Assembly: GCA_040901675.1 (NCBI GenBank)
Contig: JBBDYJ010000015.1
Span: 1-64,000 of the forward strand
DNA from: Pirellulales bacterium
GTDB lineage: Bacteria; Planctomycetota; Planctomycetia; Pirellulales; JAICIG01
Direction of reading: 5' to 3'
Length of the DNA stretch: 64,000 bases
The notes beneath the pieces are model-generated. The model was not told the origin of the DNA, did no database searches, and was given only the letters and a program-made list of their open reading frames with translations. A program made the position numbers and the translations under genes. Shown one piece after another: positions 9,114-19,333 of this stretch; position 1 is the first letter of the stretch, and each line of letters opens with the position of its first letter.

Positions 9114-10388
9114 TCACTCCCTGACGTGGCCGTCTCCATACACCACGTACTTGTAGCTGGTCAGTTCCCTCACGCCGCAGGGGCCCCGCGCGTGCAGCTT
9201 GTCGGTGCTGATGCCGATCTCCGCCCCCAGGCCGAACTGGCCCCCGTCGTTGAACCGCGTGCTGGCGTTGACCATCACGGCCGAGCTGTCGACGCGGGCC
9301 GTGAACCGGCGGGCCGCGGCCAGGTCGCCCGTGATGATCGCCTCGGTGTGTCCTGAGCCATAACGATGGATGTGGTCGATCGCCTCGTCCAGCGAGCCGA
9401 CCACCTTCACCGAAATCGTCGGACCCAGGTACTCGGCCGCAAAGTCTTCTTCGGTCGCCGGCCGCGCGCCGGCCACCAGCTCGCAGGCCCGCTCGTCGCC
9501 CCGGATCTCGATGCCGCGCGCCGCCAGCGATTGGCCTATTCTGGGCAGAAACTCGGCGGCCGCGTCGGCGTGTACGACCAGCGACTCGGCCGCGTTGCAC
9601 GTGCCCATCCGCTGGCACTTGGCGTTCAACGTGATCCGCTCGGCCATTTCCAGGTCGGCGGCCGCGTCGACGTACACGTGGCAGTTGCCGGCGAAATGCT
9701 TGATCACCGGCATGCGGGCTTCGGCGGCCACGCGGCGGATCAGCCCCTCGCCGCCGCGGGGAATGACCACGGTGATGTACTCGTCGAGCGCCAGTAAGTG
9801 GCCCACCGCCTCGCGGTCGCTCATCGCCACCAACTGCACCGCGTCGGCCGGCAGTCCCGCCTCGGCCGCCGCCTCGGAGAGCACGTCGGCGATCGCCCGG
9901 TTCGAGTGGGCGGCCTCCTTGCCTCCCCGGAGGATCACGGCGTTGCCGCTCTTGATGCAGATGGCCGCCGCGTCGGCCGTCACGTTGGGACGCGACTCGT
10001 AGATAAAGAACACCACTCCCAACGGCACACGGACCTTTGAGATCGACAATCCATTGGGCCGCACCGACGATTCGATCACTTCGCCTACCGGGTCGGGCAG
10101 GGCGGCCACCTCGAGCAGGCCGGTTGCCATCTGTTCGATGGCCGCGGGTGAAAGCTTGAGCCGATCGATCTGGGCATCGGTCAGTCCGAATCCCGGCGCG
10201 CTGGCCAGGTCCCGCTGGTTGGCAGCCGCCAGCTCATCGGCCCGCTCGGCCACGAGCCGCGCCGCCGCCTTCAGAAAGGCGTTCTTCGCAGCGCCGGTGG
10301 CCGCGGCCAGCTCGCGGCTGGCCCGCTGCGCCCGGCGCGCCGCGTCGAGGCAATAGGCCTCCAGGTCGCTCTTTTGCGCGACGGCCAT
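9114..10388 (-). CDS. proA: Gamma-glutamyl phosphate reductase
   Basis: [52 protein letters not shown]. Confidence 0.97.
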   Translation of the reverse strand: MAVAQKSDLEAYCLDAARRAQRASRELAAATGAAKNAFLKAAARLVAERADELAAANQRDLASAPGFGLTDAQIDRLKLSPAAIEQMATGLLEVAALPDPVGEVIESSVRPNGLSISKVRVPLGVVFFIYESRPNVTADAAAICIKSGNAVILRGGKEAAHSNRAIADVLSEAAAEAGLPADAVQLVAMSDREAVGHLLALDEYITVVIPRGGEGLIRRVAAEARMPVIKHFAGNCHVYVDAAADLEMAERITLNAKCQRMGTCNAAESLVVHADAAAEFLPRIGQSLAARGIEIRGDERACELVAGARPATEEDFAAEYLGPTISVKVVGSLDEAIDHIHRYGSGHTEAIITGDLAAARRFTARVDSSAVMVNASTRFNDGGQFGLGAEIGISTDKLHARGPCGVRELTSYKYVVYGDGHVRE

Positions 10389-10473
10389 CGGGTGCGTAAA
10401 CCTTTGGATAGACGAGACTTGAACCGCCCAGCCCGCAAAGATCAGCGGCCGGCGGCACCTTCAAAAGTATCCC

Positions 10474-11385
10474 TCAAAGCGCCCCACGAGTCAACGGCGG
10501 TGGGTCCAAGCCGCCCGTGGCTTCGAACAATAGCAACGCCTGGCGCACGGCGCCTACGTCGTGAACGCGGATCACCTGCACGCCCTGCAAGGCCAGCGAA
10601 ATGGCGACGCCGATGCTCCCGGCTGTCCGGTCGGCAGCCTGGTCGCCGATCACCTTGGCGATGAAACCCTTGCGGGAATGGCCGACGACCAGCGGGCAAC
10701 CCAGCTCGTGAAAGCGGTGGCAGTCGGCCAACAGCTCCAGGTTGTGCTGGTGTGTCTTTCCGAAGCCGATGCCCGGATCGAGCGCTATGCGGGCCGGATC
10801 CAAGCCGGCCGACACGAGCGCGTCGCGCCGGGCGCGCAGAGAGTCGCGGACCTCGGCCACCACGTCGCCATAGGTGGGATTGTCCTGCATGGTTTGCGGC
10901 GTGCCCCGCATGTGCATCGCGCACACGCCGGCGCCCGTCTCAAGGGCCACCTCCACCATCCGCGGATCCGCAAGGGCGGTGACGTCGTTGATCACCTCGG
11001 CCCCGGCGGCGACCGCCTCGCGGGCCACCTCGGCCTTGGAAGTGTCGATCGAGACCGGCAGCCGCGTCTGCTCGGCCAATGCCTGTACCACGCCGACCAC
11101 GCGGCGCAGCTCTTCGGCCGGCTCGACCGGCTGCGAATACGGACGCGTGCTCTCGCCGCCCACGTCGAGCAGGTCGGCCCCCTCGGCCGCCAATCGCAGG
11201 CCATGCTCGATGGCCGCCTGGGTGCCAAGGAAGCGGCCGCCGTCGGAAAAGCTGTCGGGCGTGACGTTGATAATGCCCATCAATAGGGGGCGGGCGGGCA
11301 GGTCGAGAAAGCGGGAGCGCAACGGCCAGCGGGCGGCGCGGCCGCGAAACCGCTCGGTAAGGGGCGGCCGGTCGGGAGCAGTCAT
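10474..11385 (-). CDS. folP: Dihydropteroate synthase
   Basis: MGIINVTPDSFSDGG, DVGGESTRP, DPGIGFGK, GHSRKGF, IRVHDV. Confidence 0.97.
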   Translation of the reverse strand: MTAPDRPPLTERFRGRAARWPLRSRFLDLPARPLLMGIINVTPDSFSDGGRFLGTQAAIEHGLRLAAEGADLLDVGGESTRPYSQPVEPAEELRRVVGVVQALAEQTRLPVSIDTSKAEVAREAVAAGAEVINDVTALADPRMVEVALETGAGVCAMHMRGTPQTMQDNPTYGDVVAEVRDSLRARRDALVSAGLDPARIALDPGIGFGKTHQHNLELLADCHRFHELGCPLVVGHSRKGFIAKVIGDQAADRTAGSIGVAISLALQGVQVIRVHDVGAVRQALLLFEATGGLDPPPLTRGAL

Positions 11386-11395
11386 ATCCGAGAGC

Positions 11396-11992
11396 TTACC
11401 ACGGCGCTTCCATCAGCGACACGATCTGCTCGGCCACACGCTGGATCGCTTCTTGCTGGGCGGTGGCGACTGACTGGCCCACTTCCGGGATCAGGCTGGC
11501 CGTTTGCTCCACCACGACCAAGGGGGCCGGCAGCGGGATCGCCTCGGTGTCGTGAATCACTCCGCCCTGGCGGTCGATCCAGGTCACCTCGACCAGGAAA
11601 TGGACCTGGATCTCGCGCGGCTCGTCGGTGCCGGTCTCGATCATCACCTGCTTGCGCTCGCCCACGATCCGGCCGGAGAGCACGCTATCGGCATTCGGGG
11701 TGTTGACCACCTGGTAAGGCGTCTTGAGCTGAATCTCCTTCATCACCGCTTCGGTCAGCCGTTCGCCCAGGTTGCGGCGAAAGCTGTTCGACTCGAACAT
11801 CGGAACGTAAACCGTCTGGATGTCGGCCGGGTACATCGATCGCGCGCCCACCTGGTAGCCCGCGCAGCCCCCTGCGAACAACAGCCAGCAGGCGGCCAGC
11901 AGATAGCCGGCACCCGCAGCCGGGGCGCGCCGACTACTATCAGCGACGGCACACGGAGTGTGCCGGCTACCATGCGGACGCCGACCAGGCAT
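11396..11992 (-). CDS. lptE: LptE-like LPS assembly lipoprotein
   Basis: Lipobox FAGGC followed by AGYQVG, IQTVYVPMFES, LTEAVMKEI; adjacent to bamD. Confidence 0.75.
   Translation of the reverse strand: MPGRRPHGSRHTPCAVADSSRRAPAAGAGYLLAACWLLFAGGCAGYQVGARSMYPADIQTVYVPMFESNSFRRNLGERLTEAVMKEIQLKTPYQVVNTPNADSVLSGRIVGERKQVMIETGTDEPREIQVHFLVEVTWIDRQGGVIHDTEAIPLPAPLVVVEQTASLIPEVGQSVATAQQEAIQRVAEQIVSLMEAPW
11945..11970 (-). repeat. GTAG-type REP palindrome inside the lptE 5' coding region
   Basis: Minus strand GTAGCCGGCACACTCCGTGTGCCGTC (8-bp stem CGGCACAC/GTGTGCCG). Confidence 0.65.
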
Positions 11993-11995
11993 TGT

Positions 11996-12177
11996 TCTGA
12001 CCTCTGACTTCGGTCCTCTGACCTGTGGTACTGGGGTACGCTAACGCTTTGCCCCAGCCACCCGGCGCTCTGACCTCTGACCTCTTGACTTCTGACCACT
12101 GACCACTGGTACTGGGGCACGCTAACGCTTTGCCCCAGCCACCCGGCGCTCTGACCTTTGACCTCTGACTTCTGACC
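11996..12177 (-). repeat. Two REP copies (GGGTGGCTGGGGCA family) with GGTCAGA heptamer runs
   Basis: Copies at 12030-12063 and 12111-12144, separated and flanked by TCTGACC/TCTGACT runs. Confidence 0.85.
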
Positions 12178-13401
12178 CTACAGCTTCCGGCTCTCGGGGA
12201 ACAAGTTGGCCAGCCAGCGGAAATGGTTGGGCGGCTCGGGGGGCAGGTGCTCGGTTTCCTGCATGCGTTGCTGGGCCATCTCGGCAAACGGAGTGTCGGG
12301 ATAGTCCTTGATCACGGCCGCATAGTAAAAGCGGGCGGCCCGGTGGTATTTGCCCGTGTGGTAGTACTCGGCCAGTTGCCAGTCGCGCTGGGCCTTTTCG
12401 AAGCGCACGGCCCGCCGCGCTTCGAGCAGCCGCTCCCGCTCACCGGCCAGCTCCGTGGGAAACTGGGCCAGCGCCTGCTCGATCAGTTGTTCGGCTTCCT
12501 GGATCGGCTTGCCGTCGTACTCGGCCCCCTGGTACGAACGCAGCTTGCTGCGGATGCACAGCACGTGGGCCTCGGGCTGGTGCTCGCTCTGCGGATAGTT
12601 CTTGCGCAACAGGTCGTAGTGGTAGCCGGCATCTTCCCAGCGCCCCCGGGCAAAGTACGAATTGGCCACCGCCATCGTGGCGTCGTCGGCCAGCGGCCCG
12701 GTGGGATCGTTGAGCGTAATGCTCTTGTAGATGGCCACGGCATTGCCCCTGGCATCGAAGTGGGGCCGCGTCTTGTCGGTGAAGTTGGGCATCAGCGCCG
12801 ACTTGGATTGCGCCAGCTCGTCCCAGTAACGGCCGATGGCGAACTGCCGGCTGACCGCCTTGTCCAGGTGGCGCGAGTTCTCGTATTTCTTCAGCAGGTT
12901 GGCATACGCGTCGCCGGCCTTCGGGTACCGGTCGGAAAAGAAATAGCACTCGCCCAGCATGAAAAGCGCGTCTTCCTCCAGGAGCGAGTCGGGCCAGCGG
13001 GCCGCCGCCTTCTTGAATCTCCGGGCGGCCTCGTCGTACTTCGACTGCCGGAACAGCGTCTGGCCTTCTTCATACCTCTGGTGGGCATAGGCCTCGTCGG
13101 GCCCCAGGCCGACCGCCTTCTTGACGCCGGCCGCCACGTTCTTGGGCTTGAGCTTCTCGACGGTCGACTGCCAGGCCGATCCGGCCGGCTCCTCGTCCAG
13201 CTCCATAATCGAGGCGCCCATGTCGGACGTTTCTTCGTACGACGATCGCACGACGCCCTGGTCGGCCTGCGGTTGCTGTTCCTGCACGTCGGCCCGGCGG
13301 CTCAGAAACGGATCCTCGCGCTGCCATGGAGACCGGCAACCGGCCGAGAGCAGGGCGGCCAGCCCGCAAACCCAAATCAGCTTTGCCACCGCAGCTCGCA
13401 T
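12178..13401 (-). CDS. bamD: BamD-like TPR outer-membrane assembly lipoprotein
   Basis: Lipobox LSAGC, TPR repeats (ALFMLGECYF, YPQSEH, AEYY...YYAAVIKDYPDT). Confidence 0.8.
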   Translation of the reverse strand: MRAAVAKLIWVCGLAALLSAGCRSPWQREDPFLSRRADVQEQQPQADQGVVRSSYEETSDMGASIMELDEEPAGSAWQSTVEKLKPKNVAAGVKKAVGLGPDEAYAHQRYEEGQTLFRQSKYDEAARRFKKAAARWPDSLLEEDALFMLGECYFFSDRYPKAGDAYANLLKKYENSRHLDKAVSRQFAIGRYWDELAQSKSALMPNFTDKTRPHFDARGNAVAIYKSITLNDPTGPLADDATMAVANSYFARGRWEDAGYHYDLLRKNYPQSEHQPEAHVLCIRSKLRSYQGAEYDGKPIQEAEQLIEQALAQFPTELAGERERLLEARRAVRFEKAQRDWQLAEYYHTGKYHRAARFYYAAVIKDYPDTPFAEMAQQRMQETEHLPPEPPNHFRWLANLFPESRKL

Positions 13402-13444
13402 GCTTTGGGTGTCCCGTCCGCCGTGCGCCAAAATTGCCGATCTC

Positions 13445-14200
13445 TCAGCCTGACAAGATGCCCAGGTACTGGTGCATGCGCGGCTTCTTGCCCAGCAACT
13501 GGGCCAGGTAGCGGTTCACCACCCCGCGCAACTCTCCGCCGCCGGCGGCTTCCATTCGCCGCCACCCATCCGCGGACGGATCTGCGAACCGCTCGAGAAT
13601 CCGCAGCGTGCCGGCCTGCATCGATACCACCTGTTTCTTGCCCGGCCTGCAACGCGCACACAGCACGCCGCCGGCAGTTAGTCCAAATGCCACTCGCCCG
13701 TGTCCCAAAAGATCCGTCCGTCCGCATTCGACACAGGCGGCGAGCGCCGGCAGATGCCCCAGCAGCCGCAAGGCGGTCAGCTCGAAGCGGAGCACCACCG
13801 AGGCGACCGCCGTGCCGCCGCCGGCCAGGTCGGCCAGCGCCTCGCAGGCCGCGTCGAACAGCTCCGGATGCGGGTCCGACTCGTCGGTCAGTTCGTTCAA
13901 CAATTCGGCGACGTAGTAGCCGGCATAAAGACTTGAAAGGTCGCGGCCCGCCGCCCGGAATCTCCGTTCCAGCTTGGCTTCGGTCACCAGGTCGAGCGCC
14001 TCGGACGATTTGCGGAGCAACACTATCCGACAGACCGCCAGAAGGTCAAGGGCAGACTCGAACGGCCCCTTGAGCCGCCTGGCCCCCTTCGCGAGAGCGC
14101 GCACCTTGCCCAGTTCGCGAGTGAACAACGTGACGATGCTGCTCGTCTCGCTGAAGTCGATCACCCGCAGCACCAGGGCGGTGGCTTTTTCGGCGGCCAT
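13445..14200 (-). CDS. recO: DNA repair protein RecO
   Basis: ALVLRVIDFSETSSIVTLFTRELGKVRALAKGARR, CVECG...CARC zinc motif. Confidence 0.95.
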   Translation of the reverse strand: MAAEKATALVLRVIDFSETSSIVTLFTRELGKVRALAKGARRLKGPFESALDLLAVCRIVLLRKSSEALDLVTEAKLERRFRAAGRDLSSLYAGYYVAELLNELTDESDPHPELFDAACEALADLAGGGTAVASVVLRFELTALRLLGHLPALAACVECGRTDLLGHGRVAFGLTAGGVLCARCRPGKKQVVSMQAGTLRILERFADPSADGWRRMEAAGGGELRGVVNRYLAQLLGKKPRMHQYLGILSG

Positions 14201-14212
14201 CGGCTCGACCGG

Positions 14213-14671
14213 CTAGCCGGCCTCCTCGTCGAGCGGCTTTTCCCAGCGGGGCTCCAGGCCAACGCGGGCCAGGCACTGCCGCTCGCGCTGGCGCATGCGG
14301 GCCCGCGAGTCGGGGTCGAGGTCGTCGTAGCCTACCAGGTGCAGCGCGCCGTGGACCACGTACAAGAGCAGCTCGTCGGCGGGCGACCAGCCCAAGCGGG
14401 CCGCGACGGCGGCCGCGGTTTCGGTGCTGACCACGATCTGCCCCTCCAGGTAGCCGCCGGTGCGCTCCAGGACAAAGCTGAGCACGTCGGTCGGCTCGTC
14501 ATGGGACAGGAAGCGGCGGTTGAGCTCGTGGATCGCTTCATCGCCGACCAGGGCCACGCTGATCGCGCCCGAGACGACTTGTTCATCGCGCAGCACTCCC
14601 TCGATCGCCGCCCGCAAGCGCTCCAGATCGAACGGCCCTTCATGCTCGACGGAGAACTCGATTTCGAACAT
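14213..14671 (-). CDS. ybeY: rRNA maturation RNase YbeY
   Basis: LNRRFL...PTDVLSF, HGALHLVGYD. Confidence 0.95.
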   Translation of the reverse strand: MFEIEFSVEHEGPFDLERLRAAIEGVLRDEQVVSGAISVALVGDEAIHELNRRFLSHDEPTDVLSFVLERTGGYLEGQIVVSTETAAAVAARLGWSPADELLLYVVHGALHLVGYDDLDPDSRARMRQRERQCLARVGLEPRWEKPLDEEAG

Positions 14672-14751
14672 GAAAAGAGGCTAGAGGCTAGGGGAAGCAG
14701 AGTCTCGAAAACCGCGGACTTGCCAAGGTCCTCATGGCAATGTGTTACGGG

Positions 14752-14799
14752 CACTGCTTGACGACGGCGGCCAGGACGCCGTCGGCAAGCAGTGGCACC
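14752..14799. repeat. REP-like palindrome CACTGCTTG...CAAGCAGTGGCACC
   Basis: Extended hairpin; second copy at 54236-54282. Confidence 0.7.
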
Positions 14800-14837
14800 A
14801 GCCCGGCAGTGGCACCGGCGCACTTTGTCGGTCGCGG

Positions 14838-16523
14838 TCAGGCGGTGCGCTGATCGGGATACTTGACGCGGCCGTGGTAGACGGCCGTCAGCGACTTGAT
14901 CAGGCTGTCTTCGACGGTCCGCAGTTGCTTGAGCGTCAGCCCGCACTCGTCGAACTGGCCGTCGAGCAGCTTCTTCATGGCGATGTCTTCGACCAGGTTC
15001 TCGATCCGCGCCGGCGTCGGCTCGACCAGCACCCGGCTGGCGCTCTCCACGGCGTCGGCCATCATCAGCACGGCCGCCTCGATCGTCTGTGGCTTGGGAC
15101 CCGGATAGCGGAATGCGCTTTCCTCCACGTTGCCGCCATTGGGGTTGGTCTCGGACTGTTCGCTGGCCCGCCGGTAGAAGTACTCCACCAGCGTCGTGCC
15201 GTGGTGCTGCTCGATAAAGTCGATGATCGGCTCGGGCAGGTGGTGCTGGCGGGCCAGATCGGCGCCGTCCTTAATGTGGGCGATGATGATCAGGGTGCTC
15301 ATGGCCGGCACCAGCGCATCGTGCCGGCTGGCCTCGCTGCCCCGGTTCTCCACGAAATAGTCGGGCTTGAGCATCTTGCCGATGTCGTGGAAGTAAGCCC
15401 CCACCCGCACCAGCAGGCCGCGGGCGGCGATGCTCTCGGCGGCTGCTTCGGCGATCGAGGCCACGTTGATCGAGTGGTTGTACGTGCCGGGGGCCCGCCG
15501 CACCAGCTCCTGGAGCAGCGGATGCGCGACATCGCCCAGTTCCAACAGGCTGATCTCCGTCAACACGCCGAACAAGCCCTCGATGAACGGCAGCAGCCCC
15601 GTGATCAGGAACCCGGCCAGCAGCGTCCAGACCGCGTTGTAGACCGCGGGCGTCACCAGCGCGCTGACCGGCTGGCTGTCGAGCAGGCCTACGCCCAGCG
15701 TCAAAAAGGGAGCGGCCAGGGCGGCGTAGAAGCAGACCTTGATCAACTTCCGCCGGCTGCGGATGCTGCCCAACTGCACCACCGCCGACGTGACCACGCC
15801 CATCACCACGATCGTCTCCGCCACGCTGTGCGCGTTGGCCACCGCCAAAAACACCGACAGGGCCAGCGAAAGCACCAAGGCCATTTCGCGGCCGTAGGCG
15901 ATGCCAAACGTCATTGCGAACAGCAGCATCGGGATCACTTCGGCCCGCCACGGATCGGCGCCCGTCCAGCGGGCCAACAGCACGGTGACCACCGACACGG
16001 CCAGGGCCGTGGTAAACCGCCGCAGGTCGCGGATCAACCGGGGCTCGCGGTGGTAGATGTAGTAACCGACCAGGCCGTACAGTACCAGCACCAGCGCGAA
16101 CACGGCCAGCGATCGTTCCAGCTTGCGCTCCAGCGGCAACTTCTGGACGTAGGCCTGGTGCTCCGCCCGCAAGAGTTCCAGGGAGTCGCGCCCCAGCTTC
16201 TGGCCCCCTTTGACCAGCATCTGTCCCGGCTCGTACAGCAGGTGCTTGCCGGTCTCGACGCCGATGGCGCGGGGATCAGGGATCTTGAAGGGCACCCGGG
16301 CGACAACGTCGCGCGGAGGGACGTAGTCGATGCGAAAACGGAAGCCGGGATGCCATGGCTGCATGACCAACCACATCGCGGCGATGCCGACCAGGCACAG
16401 CACGCTCCGCCAGGCGACGTGCCGCCGCCGCAACTGCTCCCAGATTCGAGCCAGGCCGCGAGGAGCCCGCTCCAACGGAGCGACCCTGCCCGACCGGGGT
16501 CGTTTTCGGCCGTTGGCTGTCAT
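14838..16523 (-). CDS. 7TM-HD (HDIG) membrane phosphohydrolase, PgpH-like
   Basis: Several TM helices, APGTYNHS, YFHDIGK, HHGTT, FRYPGPKPQ, ADAVES. Confidence 0.92.
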   Translation of the reverse strand: MTANGRKRPRSGRVAPLERAPRGLARIWEQLRRRHVAWRSVLCLVGIAAMWLVMQPWHPGFRFRIDYVPPRDVVARVPFKIPDPRAIGVETGKHLLYEPGQMLVKGGQKLGRDSLELLRAEHQAYVQKLPLERKLERSLAVFALVLVLYGLVGYYIYHREPRLIRDLRRFTTALAVSVVTVLLARWTGADPWRAEVIPMLLFAMTFGIAYGREMALVLSLALSVFLAVANAHSVAETIVVMGVVTSAVVQLGSIRSRRKLIKVCFYAALAAPFLTLGVGLLDSQPVSALVTPAVYNAVWTLLAGFLITGLLPFIEGLFGVLTEISLLELGDVAHPLLQELVRRAPGTYNHSINVASIAEAAAESIAARGLLVRVGAYFHDIGKMLKPDYFVENRGSEASRHDALVPAMSTLIIIAHIKDGADLARQHHLPEPIIDFIEQHHGTTLVEYFYRRASEQSETNPNGGNVEESAFRYPGPKPQTIEAAVLMMADAVESASRVLVEPTPARIENLVEDIAMKKLLDGQFDECGLTLKQLRTVEDSLIKSLTAVYHGRVKYPDQRTA

Positions 16524-17476
16524 CCTTTCGACCGCCGTTTGCCCGGGTCTTCGTCGTAAGCGCGGACAATCTCCCTGACCAGCCGGTGGCGCACGATATC
16601 GGCGTTGGTCAGCCGCACCTGCGTCAATCCCTCGATGTCCCGCAGCCGCCGCATCGCGTCGACCAGCCCGCTCGTCGTGTGCGTGGGCAGGTCCACCTGG
16701 GTCGTATCGCCGGAGACCACGATCTTCGACCCCCGGCCCATGCGGGTCAGGAACATCTTCATCTGCGCAACGGTCGTGTTCTGGGCCTCGTCGAGGATGA
16801 TGAAAGCCTCGTTGAGCGTGCGGCCGCGCATGTAGGCCAGCGGGATCACCTCGATCAGGTCCTGCTCGGTGTACCGCTTGATCTGGTCGTAATCCATCAT
16901 TTCGCGCAGGGCGTCCAACAGCGGCCGCAGATAGGGATTGATCTTGGCCTGCAAGTCGCCAGGCAGGTATCCGAGGCTTTCGCCGGCCTCGACCGCCGGA
17001 CGGACCAGGACGATCTTGCGGATCCGCTCCTGCTTGAGCGCCGCTACGGCCATGGCCACCGCCAGGTACGTCTTGCCCGTGCCGGCCGGCCCGATGCAGA
17101 ACACGAGGTCATGATCGAGAATGGCCTGGATATACCGGCTCTGGCCGCCGCTGCGGGGTTGGATCTTGCGGTTGGCATTGAGGACCTCGATTATCAGGGC
17201 TTCGGGGCCGACTTCGGCGCCCGTGGCGCCAGCCAGCACCCTGGCGACTTCGTCGGGGGCCAGGCTTCCCTGGCGGTGTACGAGCGTCTGAAGCTGTCCG
17301 AGCACGTCCGTGGCCTTGGCCACGGCCGCTTCGTCCCCTTCGATGCGGATCTGGTCGTCGCGCGCCGAGATCTTGACACTGAGCGTGTCCCGGATCTGTC
17401 TCAGGTGCTGATCTCGCGCTCCAAAAAGCGACACGAGCGCCTTGGAGTCGACTACCGCTATGCTTACTTCGGTCAT
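16520..17476 (-). CDS. phoH: PhoH-family ATPase
   Basis: GPAGTGKTYLA, RPAVEAGESLGYLPG, YMRGRTL, DEAQN; ATG at 17476. Confidence 0.95.
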   Translation of the reverse strand: MTEVSIAVVDSKALVSLFGARDQHLRQIRDTLSVKISARDDQIRIEGDEAAVAKATDVLGQLQTLVHRQGSLAPDEVARVLAGATGAEVGPEALIIEVLNANRKIQPRSGGQSRYIQAILDHDLVFCIGPAGTGKTYLAVAMAVAALKQERIRKIVLVRPAVEAGESLGYLPGDLQAKINPYLRPLLDALREMMDYDQIKRYTEQDLIEVIPLAYMRGRTLNEAFIILDEAQNTTVAQMKMFLTRMGRGSKIVVSGDTTQVDLPTHTTSGLVDAMRRLRDIEGLTQVRLTNADIVRHRLVREIVRAYDEDPGKRRSKG

Positions 17477-17708
17477 CAAGATCAGCGTCGGCGACGCGGC
17501 GCGTGGCAGAATCGCCAGCCAGGGTTCTCCTAAATGCCTACCAGTTATAACCCAAGCCTGGCCATCGAAGCCAGCGCACCCCGACGCGAATGACACAAGT
17601 CCTTGTGAAATAGCTGTTTAGTACCCAGGCAAACGCCTGCGGCCGACGCATCCCTACTTTGGCCCCGTAGCCAAATTATAGGTTACCACACCCGCGAGTG
17701 AATCGCCC

Positions 17709-18599
17709 CTACAGTCCGACCAATCCGCTCGTCCAGCAAAGGTACGCCGCCGGGGCACCCAGCAGGATCGAGTCGAGCACGTCCAACACCCCTCCGAAGC
17801 CAGGCATCCAGGCGCTCGAATCTTTGCGGCCCAGGTCGCGCTTTAGCAGCGACTCGGCCAGATCGCCCACGATGCCCACGGCCCCCACGATCAACCCGAA
17901 CAGCAACCAACCCCAAACTTGGCCCGGTCTGCTGGCTGAGAGCCCCATGGCCGGGGCCAAGAGGCCAAATGCCAGCCAAGCCCCCAGGCAGCCAAAGGCC
18001 AGGCCGCCGGCCACGCCTTCGATCGTCTTGCCAGGACTTAGCTTGGGGGCCAGCTTGTGCCGGCCGATCAGCCGCCCCACGGTATATGCGCCCGTATCGC
18101 ACATCTTGACCACGATCACCAACGACACCAGTGCCAGCAGGCCGCGGGCGCTCGTGCCCAAAAACCGCAACTGGACGACAAAGCTGAGCAAAAGGCCGAC
18201 GTAGACCAGCGAAAACACGGCCGAAGCCAGTCGCCGGGTCACCCCTCCTGGGCCTCTGTAACGCCGCATCTCGCCGAGGAAGGCCAGCACCACGCCGATG
18301 GCCAGGGCCGCAGCCGGCCAAGCCAGCCCGTCCAGACCGCTGGGCACCGCGGCGTTCGACTGGCCGGCCCAATTGGCGGCCACAATCAATTGGTTGCCGG
18401 CATAGACCACCCAGGGGACGGGCTTTGAGTCGCTGTCGGCCAACAGCCAGAGCATTTCGCCGCTGGCCAGCCAGGCGGCGGCGGCCGCCAGCGGCCACCA
18501 GACCCAGGCACCCCTGGGGCCGACCGTGTGGTCGATCCAGCACAAGGCCGCCAGCAGGGCGACCAGCGTGGTTCCCAAAAGTAGTCGCCAGCGGAGCAT
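17709..18599 (-). CDS. cdsA: Phosphatidate cytidylyltransferase
   Basis: DTGAYTVG, SPGKTIEG, GDLAESLLKRDLGRKDS, GGVLD. Confidence 0.95.
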   Translation of the reverse strand: MLRWRLLLGTTLVALLAALCWIDHTVGPRGAWVWWPLAAAAAWLASGEMLWLLADSDSKPVPWVVYAGNQLIVAANWAGQSNAAVPSGLDGLAWPAAALAIGVVLAFLGEMRRYRGPGGVTRRLASAVFSLVYVGLLLSFVVQLRFLGTSARGLLALVSLVIVVKMCDTGAYTVGRLIGRHKLAPKLSPGKTIEGVAGGLAFGCLGAWLAFGLLAPAMGLSASRPGQVWGWLLFGLIVGAVGIVGDLAESLLKRDLGRKDSSAWMPGFGGVLDVLDSILLGAPAAYLCWTSGLVGL

Positions 18600-19333
18600 T
18601 ACTCGTTGAGCCCGCCGAAGCGCCGGTCGCGGGCGGCAAAGTCACGGATGGCGGCGTGCAGGTCGGATTCGCGAAATTCCGGCCAGCAGTGCTCTGTCAC
18701 CCAGAGCTCGGCGTAACTGATCTGCCACAACAGGAAGTTGCTGACCCGCATTTCGCCGGCGGTGCGGATCAAGAGGTCGGGATCGGGCATTCCGGCCGTA
18801 TATAAGTTGTCGCGGATGGTTTGCTCGCTGATTTCGTCCGGCTCGAGCAGCCCGGCGCGGACCTGCTCGGCGATCGATCGCACGGCGTCGGCCATCTCGA
18901 GGCGCGCGCCGTAGTTGATGGCCAGACACAGTCTCAACCCGGTGTTGCTGCTGCTCATCTGGATGGTCTTGTCCATCTCGCCCAGCACGTTGTCGGGAAT
19001 CCCCTCGCGGCGGCCGATGACGTTCAGCCGCACGTTTTCCCTGGCCAGCGTGGTGCGCTCCTCGACCAGGTACTGCTCCAGGAGGTGCATGAGGAATTCG
19101 AGCTCGTGCCGCGGGCGCTTCCAATTCTCGCTGGACAGGCAGTACAGCGTGAGCTGCCCGATGCCCAGCCGCGCGCACTCTTCGGTCGAAGAGCGGACGC
19201 TGGCCACGCCGCGGCGGTGCCCTTCGATCCGTGGCAAGCCCTGCCGCTGGGCCCAGCGGCCGTTGCCATCCATGATGATGGCAATGTGACGCGGGCGCTT
19301 ATCCTGCGGCACGTCCGACAGGTCGCTGGTCAT
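18599..19333 (-). CDS. uppS: Undecaprenyl diphosphate synthase
   Basis: HIAIIMDGNGRWA, SSENWKRP, IRTAGEMRVSNFLLWQISYAE. Confidence 0.97.
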   Translation of the reverse strand: MTSDLSDVPQDKRPRHIAIIMDGNGRWAQRQGLPRIEGHRRGVASVRSSTEECARLGIGQLTLYCLSSENWKRPRHELEFLMHLLEQYLVEERTTLARENVRLNVIGRREGIPDNVLGEMDKTIQMSSSNTGLRLCLAINYGARLEMADAVRSIAEQVRAGLLEPDEISEQTIRDNLYTAGMPDPDLLIRTAGEMRVSNFLLWQISYAELWVTEHCWPEFRESDLHAAIRDFAARDRRFGGLNE

